43,086 nucleotides of DNA from a virus (IMGVR_UViG_3300045996_001729:1-43086), one strand, 5' to 3'; shown: positions 9,037-18,271, numbered from the stretch's first letter. Numbers and translations: made by a program. The notes: generated by a model from the sequence alone, not told the origin.

Positions 9037-10414
9037 CGTCCTCCCCTTCTCGAAGTGGCTCCCGGACGTCAGCCCCGAGCTCGTCTGGGACCACCCCCAC
9101 CTCGACTACGTCCGCCGCCAGCTCGCCGACGTGACCCTCGGCACGTGCCGGAAGCTGGCGATCAGTTGGCCCCCCCAGCACTACAAGACGTGGAGTACGA
9201 CCGTCCGCTACCCGCTGTGGCGGATGCTGCGGACGCCGGGCCTGCGCGTCGGGGTGGGGACGTACAACCAGCGGTACGCGAACAAGGTGAGCCGGTGGAC
9301 GCGGAAGATCGTGGATCGGCTGGGGCTGGTCGCCACCGGCAGCGTCGACTCGTGGCACCTGCCCAACGGCAGCACGTACATCGCGCGGGGGGCCGGGGTG
9401 GGCCTCTCCGGCGAACCCGTGGACCTGTGGGTGTGTGACGACCCGTTCAAGAACCGGGAGTCGGCTGATTCGGCGGTCGTTCAAGAAAAAGTCTGGGAGT
9501 GGCACATGGACGACGTCACGCCCCGCATCCAGCAGGGCGGGGCGTACATCCTCATCCACACCCGCTGGACCCCGGGCGACCTCATCGGGCGGATTCAGAC
9601 GAGCGAGGACGCGCGGAACTGGCGGTACGTGCGGCTGCCGGCGGTGGCCGAGTCGCAGGCGGAGCGGGACCGGGTGAACGGCCGGCAGGGCCTCCCGGTG
9701 GGCGAGCCCGACCCGCTGGAGCGGCAGGAGGGCCAACCCCTCTGTGCGGCGGCGTTCGACGCGGCCAGTCTCCAGGACAAGCGGACCACCCTGGGGGTGG
9801 GGTTTGAGTCGCTGTACCAGCAGAACCCGGTGCCCCGCGGGGGGTCGTTCTTCCAGCGGGAGTGGTTCGCGGTCGTGGACGCGGCGCCGGCCGGGCGGTA
9901 CGTCCGCTACTGGGATCTGGCGAGCTCGCGGGACGACGAGGCGTGTTACACGGCGGGGGTGCTGCTGGGCAAGGCGGGCGAGGGGGAGACGAGTCGGTAC
10001 TACGTGGCGGACGTGATCCGGGGGCGGTGGCAGCCGGCCGAGCGGAACGACGTCATCCTGCAGACCGCACAGGCCGACAGCAAGCGGCCCGGGTTCGAGC
10101 GGACCTACTTCGAGAAGCCCGTGTTCGACAAGGGCGGCGCCGCCTCCCGGGCCATCGTGGCGAAGTTGTCGGGCTACCCGGTGCTGGCGGACAACGTGGG
10201 CGGGGCCGGGTCGAAGGAGCTCCGGGCCGAGCCCGTGGCGGGGGCGGCGAAGGCCGGGCTGGTGTCGGTCGTGGCCGGGGCGTGGGTGGCGACGTTCCTG
10301 ACGGAGATCGAGGCGTTCCCGAAGGGGCAGTGGAAGGACCAGACGGACTCACTATCGGGCGGCTACAACCGGCTGGTGCGGGGGCCGGCCACGGTGTCCA
10401 CGGTCTACCTGTGA
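8966..10414 (+). CDS. terL: Terminase large subunit
   Basis: PPQHYKT (Walker A variant), CDDPFKN, HTRW, YQQNP, YWDLAS, DQTDSLS; GTG at 8966 preceded by GGAGGT. Confidence 0.93.
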   Translation: MASRTGALAASLFAAPTTGPQSSSVLPFSKWLPDVSPELVWDHPHLDYVRRQLADVTLGTCRKLAISWPPQHYKTWSTTVRYPLWRMLRTPGLRVGVGTYNQRYANKVSRWTRKIVDRLGLVATGSVDSWHLPNGSTYIARGAGVGLSGEPVDLWVCDDPFKNRESADSAVVQEKVWEWHMDDVTPRIQQGGAYILIHTRWTPGDLIGRIQTSEDARNWRYVRLPAVAESQAERDRVNGRQGLPVGEPDPLERQEGQPLCAAAFDAASLQDKRTTLGVGFESLYQQNPVPRGGSFFQREWFAVVDAAPAGRYVRYWDLASSRDDEACYTAGVLLGKAGEGETSRYYVADVIRGRWQPAERNDVILQTAQADSKRPGFERTYFEKPVFDKGGAASRAIVAKLSGYPVLADNVGGAGSKELRAEPVAGAAKAGLVSVVAGAWVATFLTEIEAFPKGQWKDQTDSLSGGYNRLVRGPATVSTVYL

Positions 10415-10424
10415 CCCCCGGGGG

Positions 10425-10430
10425 TATACT
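10425..10430 (+). promoter_or_regulatory. Sigma70-like -10 of an accessory cassette, probably leaderless
   Basis: TATACT with 6 nt between it and ATG 10437. Confidence 0.6.
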
Positions 10431-10436
10431 GGGGGC

Positions 10437-10694
10437 ATGGACACGCCCGACCACCGCTGCCCGGCGTGCGACTCCCCCGACGTGTGCCTCGGGGCGTTCC
10501 CGCTGAAGTGCTTCGCCTGCGGCTGGTCCTACCTGAACAAGCACCCGTGCGAGACGTGCGGGGCGCCGGCCGTGGCGGTCATCGGCGGGGCCGGTGGCCG
10601 CCGCTACCGGTGCGCGGCCCACCCGTTCGGGTCCGACGACGTGCGGGCGTCGTTCGCGGGGTTCGTCGCCTCCGTGACCGGGGGCCGCCCGTGA
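10437..10694 (+). CDS. Small zinc-ribbon protein (accessory gene)
   Basis: CPAC, CFAC, CETC, CAAH; own -10. Confidence 0.65.
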   Translation: MDTPDHRCPACDSPDVCLGAFPLKCFACGWSYLNKHPCETCGAPAVAVIGGAGGRRYRCAAHPFGSDDVRASFAGFVASVTGGRP

Positions 10695-11302
10695 CCGACC
10701 TGGAAGCCCTCCTCGCCGCCATCCGCGACAACCCGGACGACGACACGCCCCGGCTCGTCTTCGCGGACTACCTGGACGACCGGGGGGAGGGGGAGCGGGC
10801 GGAGTTCATCCGGGTGCAGGTGGGGTTCGCCCGGATGCCGCCGATGGGCCCGCGGCAGTTCGACCTGCGGTACATGCTCCCGGTGCCGTGGGACGCCTTG
10901 CGGCGGCGGGAGCGGGAACTGAAGTTGGAGTTCGGCCGCGAGTGGTTCGGCGACTCGGCCCTCTGGGTGCCCGCCGACTACCCCGCCGGCGCCTCGCCGC
11001 AAGTCCCGGGACTCGTCATCCGGAGGGGGTTCCCGGACGAGTGGCGGGGGCCGGTTGACTGGTGGCTGATTGCTGCCGACCCCCTGCTCGCCGCCCACCC
11101 CACCCTGCGGCGGGTGACGCTGACCGACCGCACCGACGAGGCCCCCCGCGGCAACGTCTACATTCCGGGGGTGGGCGGCTTCGGGAACAAGGCAAGCTTC
11201 GAGGCCCGCTGGCCCGGGGTCACTTTTACCTTGTCCCCGCCCCCCGCCCGCACCCACCAGTATTCGCACTGGCAGCAGGCGATCGACGCGGCGGCCGTCT
11301 GA
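10691..11302 (+). CDS. TIGR02996-domain protein
   Basis: N-terminus MTDLEALLAAIRDNPDDDTPRLVFADYLDD.GE.ERAEFIRVQ and later RRGF; GTGA-coupled start. Confidence 0.9.
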   Translation: MTDLEALLAAIRDNPDDDTPRLVFADYLDDRGEGERAEFIRVQVGFARMPPMGPRQFDLRYMLPVPWDALRRRERELKLEFGREWFGDSALWVPADYPAGASPQVPGLVIRRGFPDEWRGPVDWWLIAADPLLAAHPTLRRVTLTDRTDEAPRGNVYIPGVGGFGNKASFEARWPGVTFTLSPPPARTHQYSHWQQAIDAAAV

Positions 11303-11310
11303 CCGACTGC

Positions 11311-11338
11311 GGCAGGTTCCCCCCGCCGTGGTGACAGT
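11311..11338 (+). promoter_or_regulatory. Putative late promoter upstream of portal
   Basis: Box + GACAGT at offset 22; ATG follows after 6 nt. Confidence 0.75.
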
Positions 11339-11344
11339 GGGGGC

Positions 11345-12994
11345 ATGGACCCCTCGAACCGATTCCTGTTGGGGTACGGCAAGACGGCGCCGGTGCCGGA
11401 GCAGGTCCGGCAGGGGCGGGCGTACCTCCTCGACGTCATGCAGCGGGGCCTCCCCGGCTACCCCACAGACGACCGCTACCTGCAGTCCCAGAAGTTCACG
11501 AACCTCGTCTACGCCTCCGTCAAGCCCCTGATGCGGGCCGTGCGGAAGGCCGACGTGGTCTGCCTCAAGCGGACCAAGAAGCGCCGCAACCGCACCACGT
11601 TCGGGCCGGGTAGCACCGTCGCCAAGTCCCTGTCGGCCGGCTACGGCAAGAGCCAGCGTGACGACTACGTGCCCGTTGACGCGGGCCACCCCGTCGCGCG
11701 CGTCCTCGACCGACCCCAGCAGCGGGACGGCACGGAGACGCTGGGGGACGTCCTCGAGTACGCGACGATGCAGTCGTCCCTCACGGGGGTGTCGCCGTTC
11801 TGGTGCGTGCCGAGCCTCAAGTACCTCCAGCGGGACGAGTACCGCCCGGTCCAACTCTACGCCCTGCCCACCGCGCTGACGGTCCCCCAGCCGGCGAGGT
11901 CGGAGTTCTACCCGGCCGGCAGCTACCGGATCACCCCCTACTACGCATCGCCCACCGGCGGCTCGGGCTGGTATCAGGGCATGGCCGCGGGGGTGGCGGG
12001 GACGGTCCTGGACGGCCGCGAGATCAAGCGGCGGCTGCACAAGCACCCGTTGTACCGGTGGGACGGGTACTCGCCCCTCACCGCCTGCGCGTTCCTGCTG
12101 GACATCGCGGAGGCGATCGACCAGAGCCGCTGGGCGGCCATGCAGCACGGCACCACCCCCGACATGATCTTCACGGCGGTGGGGATGGATCCCCCGTCCA
12201 TCGCGGCGTTCGAGGAGCAGTTTAAGCAGCGCAACGGCGGCAGCCGCAACCACCGCAAGGTCGTCACCGTCAGCACCCCCCACCCGGAGGGGAAGCTCGA
12301 CGTGAAGACCCCGTTCATCAGCGCCCGGGAGATGGACTACGTCCAGAGCTGGGAGCAGGCGAGCAAGGCCGTGTTCGCGGTGTTCGGCATCCCGGACGTG
12401 CTGGTGTACGGGGGCGGCAACTACGCCGAGAACTACGCGGCCGAGAAGTTCTACTACCGCAACACCGTCGGCCCCGAGTGCGAGGAGTTGGGCGACTTTC
12501 TGACCGCCTCCGTGGCCCAGCCGTGGGAGGAGGAGCCGGGCGAGCTCTGCATCGAGCTCCACCCGGACGAGCCGCGGAACGAGGAACTGGCGGTCATCTC
12601 GGCGAAGGACATGGCCGAGATGGGCCTCACGTTCGTCAACCAGACCCTCGCCTCCCAGAACCTCCCGCCCGTCCCCGGCGGGGACGTGCCCCTGCCGGTG
12701 TATCTGGCGAAGGCGGGGATTGCCGCCGGCACCGCACCCGACCCCACCAAGCCCCCGCCCGGTGGCGACCCGAAGGGCAAGGGCCCGACCGCGGGGGCGC
12801 CCCCGCGGCCCGAGAACAAGGCCGGCAAGGGCACCAAGCCGCCGACCCAGGCCAAGAGCATGAACAGCCTGTCGATGGCGGACGGCGCCGCGGTGATTCC
12901 GCCTGCTACGGTGGGGGTGGCCCGACGCAAGCGGCGCGTGCTCCGCAACAAGGCGGCGGTGGCGTTCGCGGAGCGGGTCATCAAGGGGCTCTAA
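11345..12994 (+). CDS. Portal protein
   Basis: Position after terL; HPV..VL.RP, DGYSPL, GG..N..KV, EMDY....EQ....V.AVFGIP. Confidence 0.88.
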   Translation: MDPSNRFLLGYGKTAPVPEQVRQGRAYLLDVMQRGLPGYPTDDRYLQSQKFTNLVYASVKPLMRAVRKADVVCLKRTKKRRNRTTFGPGSTVAKSLSAGYGKSQRDDYVPVDAGHPVARVLDRPQQRDGTETLGDVLEYATMQSSLTGVSPFWCVPSLKYLQRDEYRPVQLYALPTALTVPQPARSEFYPAGSYRITPYYASPTGGSGWYQGMAAGVAGTVLDGREIKRRLHKHPLYRWDGYSPLTACAFLLDIAEAIDQSRWAAMQHGTTPDMIFTAVGMDPPSIAAFEEQFKQRNGGSRNHRKVVTVSTPHPEGKLDVKTPFISAREMDYVQSWEQASKAVFAVFGIPDVLVYGGGNYAENYAAEKFYYRNTVGPECEELGDFLTASVAQPWEEEPGELCIELHPDEPRNEELAVISAKDMAEMGLTFVNQTLASQNLPPVPGGDVPLPVYLAKAGIAAGTAPDPTKPPPGGDPKGKGPTAGAPPRPENKAGKGTKPPTQAKSMNSLSMADGAAVIPPATVGVARRKRRVLRNKAAVAFAERVIKGL

Positions 12995-13261
12995 ATGCCG
13001 GGTGACACCCTGACCGCCCCGACGTACCCGAACCCGCCGGGGTTCCCGTACACCCTGCGGCACCCCCTGACGCACGTCCGCGGCTGGACGTTCGAGGACG
13101 TGGAACTGGTCGTCAAACCGCTGCGGCTGGAGGCGAGGCCGGCTTCGCCACCCGAGATGGATTTCGTCGCCGCGTGGGCCGAGATCGAGGCTGCCGCCCG
13201 GAAGCACGCCGCCGCGTCCCTGATCGCCCGGCTGACGGCGGGGGACCGCCCGAAGGAGTAG
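12995..13261 (+). CDS. Hypothetical protein
   Basis: Abuts the portal stop; GC3-biased. Confidence 0.6.
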   Translation: MPGDTLTAPTYPNPPGFPYTLRHPLTHVRGWTFEDVELVVKPLRLEARPASPPEMDFVAAWAEIEAAARKHAAASLIARLTAGDRPKE

Positions 13262-13268
13262 CCCGTCC

Positions 13269-16200
13269 ATGCCCCGCCTCCTCAAGTACACCCCGGCCCA
13301 GTTGACCGACATCCTCAAGGCGGCCAAGGCCGCGGGCCGGGACGAGGTGCTGGCCGGGCTGCGCGCCGTGGCCGCGCTCAACGGCAGCGCCCGGCGGGTG
13401 CTCAAGGCCGGCGACTGGGCCGACGACGAGCACCCCGACCCCCTGCCCGAGCCCGACGTGGACCCCCACGCCGCCCTCTGGGAAGCCGCCCTGGGGGCGG
13501 TGCTGGAGGCGAAGGAGGCGGGGGACGAGGAGGCGGTGGCGGGGCTGGTCGAGGCGTACCGGGGGCACCTGGACGACGGGGACCTGCTCGCCGGGGCGGT
13601 GGGGACCGCGGGGGCCGGCGCCGCGATCGAGAAGGCGGTCGGCCGGGTGCTGATGAAGGCCCACGCCTGGAGGAGTGACCAGCACCCCCGCGGCAAGGAC
13701 GGGCGGTTCCTGGCCGTCAGCCGGATCGAGGCCGCCGCCGGCAACCCGAAGGTCGCCGCCGAGCTCCGGGAGGAGGTCCGGCCGGAGGACGCCGGGAAGC
13801 TCGAGACGGCCCTCGCCGACCCCGACCACCTGGGACGCACGAAGGCCGGGCAGCGGCGGCACGAGGCCGGGCAGCGGCGGCAGAAGCGGTCCGCCGACTT
13901 CCGCCGGGCCTCCGAGCTCGCCGACAAGGTGTCCACCGGGCACGCGACGTATGAAGAATTGCAGGAGTTGGGCGACCATCTCGAAGGGCTGTCCGCGGAC
14001 GGACTGCGGTCGTTGCAGAGCCGGATCGAGACGGTGGGGGGCGGGCGGCGGAAGGCCGAGATGGTGGCGGCCTTGAGGGCATCGCTGGACGAGCACCGGC
14101 GGGGGGTGCATGGGGGGGAGTTGGAGGCGGACGCGGGGGCCCCGGCGGGCGAGGACTCGCACCCCGGCAGCGTGTTGACGGACCGGATGGGGAAGCCCAT
14201 CGACCACGAAGGGCGACCACTCCGCCACGGCGACGTGATGGTTCACTCGAACTGGCGGGGCGAGGAGCGGCTGGTGCAGGTCGGCCATGCGTGGGCGAAC
14301 GGCGGCCGGGACGTGAACGGGGTCAGCAAGGACCGTGTGACCGTGACCCCGGACGCCAGCACCCGCAACGCCGGGTTCGGGTTGAGCGACAGCGAGACGG
14401 ACCTGTCCGACCTGCGGCGGGCGACCGCGGACGACGTTCACCGGCTGGCGGCGGCCACGGGCGGCAAGCCGGACGAGTTCCTGAACCCCCACCTGCTCGC
14501 GGGCGGGGCCGCCCCTGCCCCGGGCGGGGACGGCTCCAAGACCGCCGTCCTCCGCGAGGCCGTCCAGTCCCTCGTCGCCGCCGGCCACACCGACGACGAG
14601 ATCACGTCGCTGCTGGGCCGCCCGGGGTCGCCGGGCGAGGGGGCGGTGGGGCGGGTGCTGGGGGAGGTGAGGGGGGAGGGGGCGTCAGCCGCCCCTGCCC
14701 TTCCAGACGCGGCGGGTGATGCGGCCCGACCCGCGGCACCGGGGGCAGGAGATGCGCTCCCCGCCGGCCCCACCGCAGTTGGGGCAGTCGATCCGCTCGT
14801 TGGCGGCGTAGTTGACCGACAGGTAGGGCGGCCCGGGGACCCAACTCACCAGGATGAACCGGCCGTCGGTCAAGTCGAAACCCGCGAACTCCATGCTACG
14901 TCCCCCGGTGGTGTGTCAGGGGATTCTACCGCACCGCCAGAGCCGCACGAGATGACGGCCTACGACTTCGCCACCCAGCACTCGCGGCGGATGACGGAGT
15001 TGCAGCGGACCAAGCCCCGCGACATCGGCAAGTTGTACGGGAAGCGTGGCCCGACCCCGGAACAGGCGGCCGAACACGCCGCCGAGATGAAGGAGTGGAA
15101 CCGGCAGCACCGGCAGGCGAGCAACGCGAACAGGCAGTACCTTGCGGATCAAGGCGCCCACCGCCGGCATGTGGAAGCCGCCCTCGCCGCCGGCCGCCCC
15201 GTCCCCCCCGAAGTCCTCGCCGACTACCCGGACCTCGCCGCCCCCCCGCCCACCCCCGCACCCCCCGCCGCCCCGCCCTGGGTCGCCTCCGACCCCGCCC
15301 ACGCCGCCGTCCACGCGGCGCACCAGACCGCACCGGGCAAGGCCCGGGACGTGATGCAGACGGCCCTGGAGAACGCGGGCTGGGTGGACGAGCACGGCCG
15401 GCCCGCGAAGACCGCCCCGCAGGACGAGCAGGGCGGCCGGACCCCGCTGGGCATGGCCGCGAGCGGATTGGCGACCGGCCACCGGCACCTCGCCGAGAAC
15501 GGGGGGACGCCCGAGGAACTGGCCCACGTCGAACGCGCCCTGGAGGCGGCGGGGGCCACCCGGGTCGGCACCCCGGGCGAGACGGTGCCGTTCGACGGGA
15601 GCGTCCACGGGAACGTCCCGGGGGTGTTCACGGGCGACCCGGTGCGGGTGGTGCATCCCGGCTGGGTGGCGCCGGCGGGGAACGGGCGGGACTCGGACGT
15701 GATGCCGGCGAGGGTTACGGCGGGAAGCCCAGCAGGGCCCGCCACTCCGCCGTCGGCCGGGCCCGGTACTCCGCCGCGTCCTGCTCCCACTGGCCCGCAA
15801 GATGCTCAAGGGCCTCCACCCGGAACTCGTGGTCGGGGAGGTCGGGCGGCGCCCACCCGCACCCCGGGAACCACCGCAGCCACCGCACCGCCTCCCGGCG
15901 GAGCCGCGCCGCCTCCCGCTCCGCAAAGCGGATCTCTTTCGCCGCGAAGTCCCGGGCGTGCGCATCAAGATCGTCAGGCATCGGACGTCCCCCCGGGGGC
16001 ATCATACGGGGCGAAGCCCGCCCTCACGCCGGACGAGCACGCGGCCGAGATGGAGGAGTTGAAGCGGGCCCGGCAGGCGGCGTTCTCCGCGACCGGCGCC
16101 GACCCCCGCGGGGACATGGCCCACATCACCCCGGAGCGGCTGGCGGCGGTGACCCCGGCCATCGCCGGCGAGGTCAAGGCGTGGGCCGACACGCACGCCG

Positions 16201-18209
16201 GGGTCGGCCCGGCCGTCCACGACCTGTACCAGCGGGTCGGCGTCCCGGCGGGGATGAGCCCCCGGGAGTTCCGGGCGGCCATGCTCCATCTGGCCGAGTC
16301 CCGGGTGATCGCCCCGGGGGTGTGGAGCAAGCCGATCGCCGAGGCCCCCCGCCCCGACCTGATCGCCCACCACGCCTCGAAGGCGGTCGGGTACGCCCAC
16401 CCCGACCGCGGGCTGGACGCCGCCGCCAAGCCCGCCCCCCTCCCCGCCCTCCCCGACGACCCCCGCCGCAGCCTCCCGGCCGTGGACGCGGGCCCGTCGC
16501 CGCTGCCGGAGCTGCCGGACCCGGGGGACGTGGCGGTGCCGGAGTTGGAGCCGGTCAAGCCCGCGGGCGACGCACCCTTCATCCCCCGGTCCGGGCAGTT
16601 CAACCCGGCGACTCGAGAACTGCACCGGCACACCTACGCCGTTCGGCTGGGCGACGTGTTGGCGCAACTGGTACGGGAGCACAAGCCCGGGGGGTCCATC
16701 CCGGACGACATCCTGACCACCGCGCGGATCGACACGCGGTACAAGGTGGGGATGACTCCGGAGGACGCCGCCCGGGAAATCTTCCACGACCTCGTGAAGC
16801 CCCGGCTCGACATGCGACCGCCGGAGAAGACGCCGCTCGAGTTGGCCCGGCGGGTGACGCGGCACGGGGCGCCCTCGAAGCCCGCCCCCGCCGCCAATCC
16901 CCCGACCCCGGCCGCGTATACTCCTCCGTCAGCCCCGGAGGCGAAGCCCGTGACCCCGACCGCCAAGCCCGCAGCCGGCCGTCTGACCGGCGACCAGATC
17001 GCGGCCGACTGGGAGGCCGGCCCGCCCCCGACCGCCGAGCGGGCCAACGCCGCGATCCGGGCCGCCGCCGCGATGCCGAAGGCCGAGGCGGCGGCGGCCC
17101 TCCGGGCGATGGGGTTCGTCCCCCGGGGCGACCCGCGGCGGCACCTCGCCGACGCGATCCACGGCCGGGCCGGGGCCACCAGCCGCCGCAACCTGATCGA
17201 CCGGGGCGCCGCCGCCGACGCCAAGCGGGCGGCCGAGGCCGGCACCGACCGGCTCGTCCACCCCGACGAGGTGTTCGGCGCCGCCGCCAAGCCCGCCGCC
17301 GGGCCCGCCCCGAAGCCCGCCCCCGCCCCGAAGCCCGCCCCCGCCGCGGCCGAGCCCCCGGCGTCCGACGCCGGCCGGGCGATGGCCGACCTGCTCGGCC
17401 GGGCGGGGTCGGCCGACCCGGCGGAGGTGGAGGCGGCCCGCGCGACCCTCGCCGGGCTGCCCGGCGACGAACTCCGGCGGGTGGCGGCGGCCCACGGGTT
17501 CCACTACCCGGCGGGCCACTCGGCCCGGAAGGTCGCCGCCGACCTGCACGACCGGATGCAGAAGATCGCCGGGGCCAGCGTCCGGCGGAAGCTCATCAAC
17601 CGGGCGGACCCCGGCCCAAAAGCCCCGGCCCCGGGTGAGCCGGGGAAGGCCGAATCCGGTAATTCCCCCAAGATTCCGTCAGCCGCCAGCGGCGGCCCTC
17701 CGGCCGATCCATTTCATGGCAGCAAGGTTGCCGCCCCTGACGGCAAGCCGATGACCGTCTTCCACGGCACGAGCGGTCCGGCGTTCGACCAGTTCAAGCT
17801 CGGGGCGGGTCAGACCCGGCAGGCGCCGGACTCGGACGTCGGGTTCTGGTTCGCCGACCGGCCGAAGAACGCGGAGATGTACACGTACAACGATAACATT
17901 TGGTCGGGCGCCGGGCCGGTCAAGAAGCTCAAGGGCGCCCGGGTGGTGAGCGCCCACCTGAACATCAAGAACCCGAAGGTTTACGGTTCCTTCCACGACG
18001 TGTTCAGCGAATCGGAGAAGGCTGGCGGCGGCGCGGCGCTCCGGGAAAAGCTGATCGGCGAGGGGCACGACGGCATCCGGGTGCTGGAAGACGCCGGCGA
18101 GCACACGAAGTATCAGCCGGCGTGGGCGGCCTTCCACCCGGAGCAGATCCGGGTGGCCGATGCCGGTTCCGCCCCCGAGCCGCCGAAGGGGCGGCCGAAG
18201 AAGGCGTAA
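13269..18209 (+). CDS. Large polyvalent (probably virion-packaged) protein with C-terminal ART-PolyVal-like ADP-ribosyltransferase fold
   Basis: 1646 aa between portal and protease; W..DQHPRGKDGRF motif, GrpE-like segment near 15530-15670, C-terminal SKV..PDGKP.TVFHGT..F..F...GFWFAD...AE.Y...HLNIKNP. Confidence 0.8.
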   Translation: MPRLLKYTPAQLTDILKAAKAAGRDEVLAGLRAVAALNGSARRVLKAGDWADDEHPDPLPEPDVDPHAALWEAALGAVLEAKEAGDEEAVAGLVEAYRGHLDDGDLLAGAVGTAGAGAAIEKAVGRVLMKAHAWRSDQHPRGKDGRFLAVSRIEAAAGNPKVAAELREEVRPEDAGKLETALADPDHLGRTKAGQRRHEAGQRRQKRSADFRRASELADKVSTGHATYEELQELGDHLEGLSADGLRSLQSRIETVGGGRRKAEMVAALRASLDEHRRGVHGGELEADAGAPAGEDSHPGSVLTDRMGKPIDHEGRPLRHGDVMVHSNWRGEERLVQVGHAWANGGRDVNGVSKDRVTVTPDASTRNAGFGLSDSETDLSDLRRATADDVHRLAAATGGKPDEFLNPHLLAGGAAPAPGGDGSKTAVLREAVQSLVAAGHTDDEITSLLGRPGSPGEGAVGRVLGEVRGEGASAAPALPDAAGDAARPAAPGAGDALPAGPTAVGAVDPLVGGVVDRQVGRPGDPTHQDEPAVGQVETRELHATSPGGVSGDSTAPPEPHEMTAYDFATQHSRRMTELQRTKPRDIGKLYGKRGPTPEQAAEHAAEMKEWNRQHRQASNANRQYLADQGAHRRHVEAALAAGRPVPPEVLADYPDLAAPPPTPAPPAAPPWVASDPAHAAVHAAHQTAPGKARDVMQTALENAGWVDEHGRPAKTAPQDEQGGRTPLGMAASGLATGHRHLAENGGTPEELAHVERALEAAGATRVGTPGETVPFDGSVHGNVPGVFTGDPVRVVHPGWVAPAGNGRDSDVMPARVTAGSPAGPATPPSAGPGTPPRPAPTGPQDAQGPPPGTRGRGGRAAPTRTPGTTAATAPPPGGAAPPPAPQSGSLSPRSPGRAHQDRQASDVPPGASYGAKPALTPDEHAAEMEELKRARQAAFSATGADPRGDMAHITPERLAAVTPAIAGEVKAWADTHAGVGPAVHDLYQRVGVPAGMSPREFRAAMLHLAESRVIAPGVWSKPIAEAPRPDLIAHHASKAVGYAHPDRGLDAAAKPAPLPALPDDPRRSLPAVDAGPSPLPELPDPGDVAVPELEPVKPAGDAPFIPRSGQFNPATRELHRHTYAVRLGDVLAQLVREHKPGGSIPDDILTTARIDTRYKVGMTPEDAAREIFHDLVKPRLDMRPPEKTPLELARRVTRHGAPSKPAPAANPPTPAAYTPPSAPEAKPVTPTAKPAAGRLTGDQIAADWEAGPPPTAERANAAIRAAAAMPKAEAAAALRAMGFVPRGDPRRHLADAIHGRAGATSRRNLIDRGAAADAKRAAEAGTDRLVHPDEVFGAAAKPAAGPAPKPAPAPKPAPAAAEPPASDAGRAMADLLGRAGSADPAEVEAARATLAGLPGDELRRVAAAHGFHYPAGHSARKVAADLHDRMQKIAGASVRRKLINRADPGPKAPAPGEPGKAESGNSPKIPSAASGGPPADPFHGSKVAAPDGKPMTVFHGTSGPAFDQFKLGAGQTRQAPDSDVGFWFADRPKNAEMYTYNDNIWSGAGPVKKLKGARVVSAHLNIKNPKVYGSFHDVFSESEKAGGGAALREKLIGEGHDGIRVLEDAGEHTKYQPAWAAFHPEQIRVADAGSAPEPPKGRPKKA
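14685..14894 (-). CDS. Nested antisense gene: 69-aa protein with two CxxCxGxG (DnaJ-type zinc finger) motifs
   Basis: CPNCGGAG and CPRCRGSG; GC3 bias on minus strand; GGGGGA RBS; TAGAAT -10 at 14928-14923. Confidence 0.75.
   Translation of the reverse strand: MEFAGFDLTDGRFILVSWVPGPPYLSVNYAANERIDCPNCGGAGGERISCPRCRGSGRITRRVWKGRGG
15715..15981 (-). CDS. Nested antisense gene: 88-aa helical protein
   Basis: MPDDLDAHARDFAAKEIRF...; GC3 bias on minus strand; GGGGGGA RBS; TATGAT -10 at 16006-16001. Confidence 0.7.
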   Translation of the reverse strand: MPDDLDAHARDFAAKEIRFAEREAARLRREAVRWLRWFPGCGWAPPDLPDHEFRVEALEHLAGQWEQDAAEYRARPTAEWRALLGFPP

Positions 18210-18271
18210 CCCGCCCCCGGGCGTCTCGCGGGCCGTAGGATGTGGTGCCACGTCACGCGGGGGTGGGGCGA

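Noticed and set aside
8894-9131. Apparent missing terL start suggesting a terS-terL frameshift
   Set aside because: An in-frame GTG at 8966 with GGAGGT explains normal initiation
10604-14200. 1198-aa minus-strand ORF and similar long antisense ORFs (34571-37621, 6372-8432)
   Set aside because: Shadow frames of GC3-biased genes; no motifs and no promoter/RBS or codon switch, unlike the two accepted nested genes
17287-17345. Tandem KPAPAP-coding repeats
   Set aside because: Ordinary Pro/Ala linker within the polyvalent protein
15095-17638. 847-aa alternative plus-frame ORF
   Set aside because: Arg/Pro/Gly-rich translation expected from stop-poor high-GC DNA
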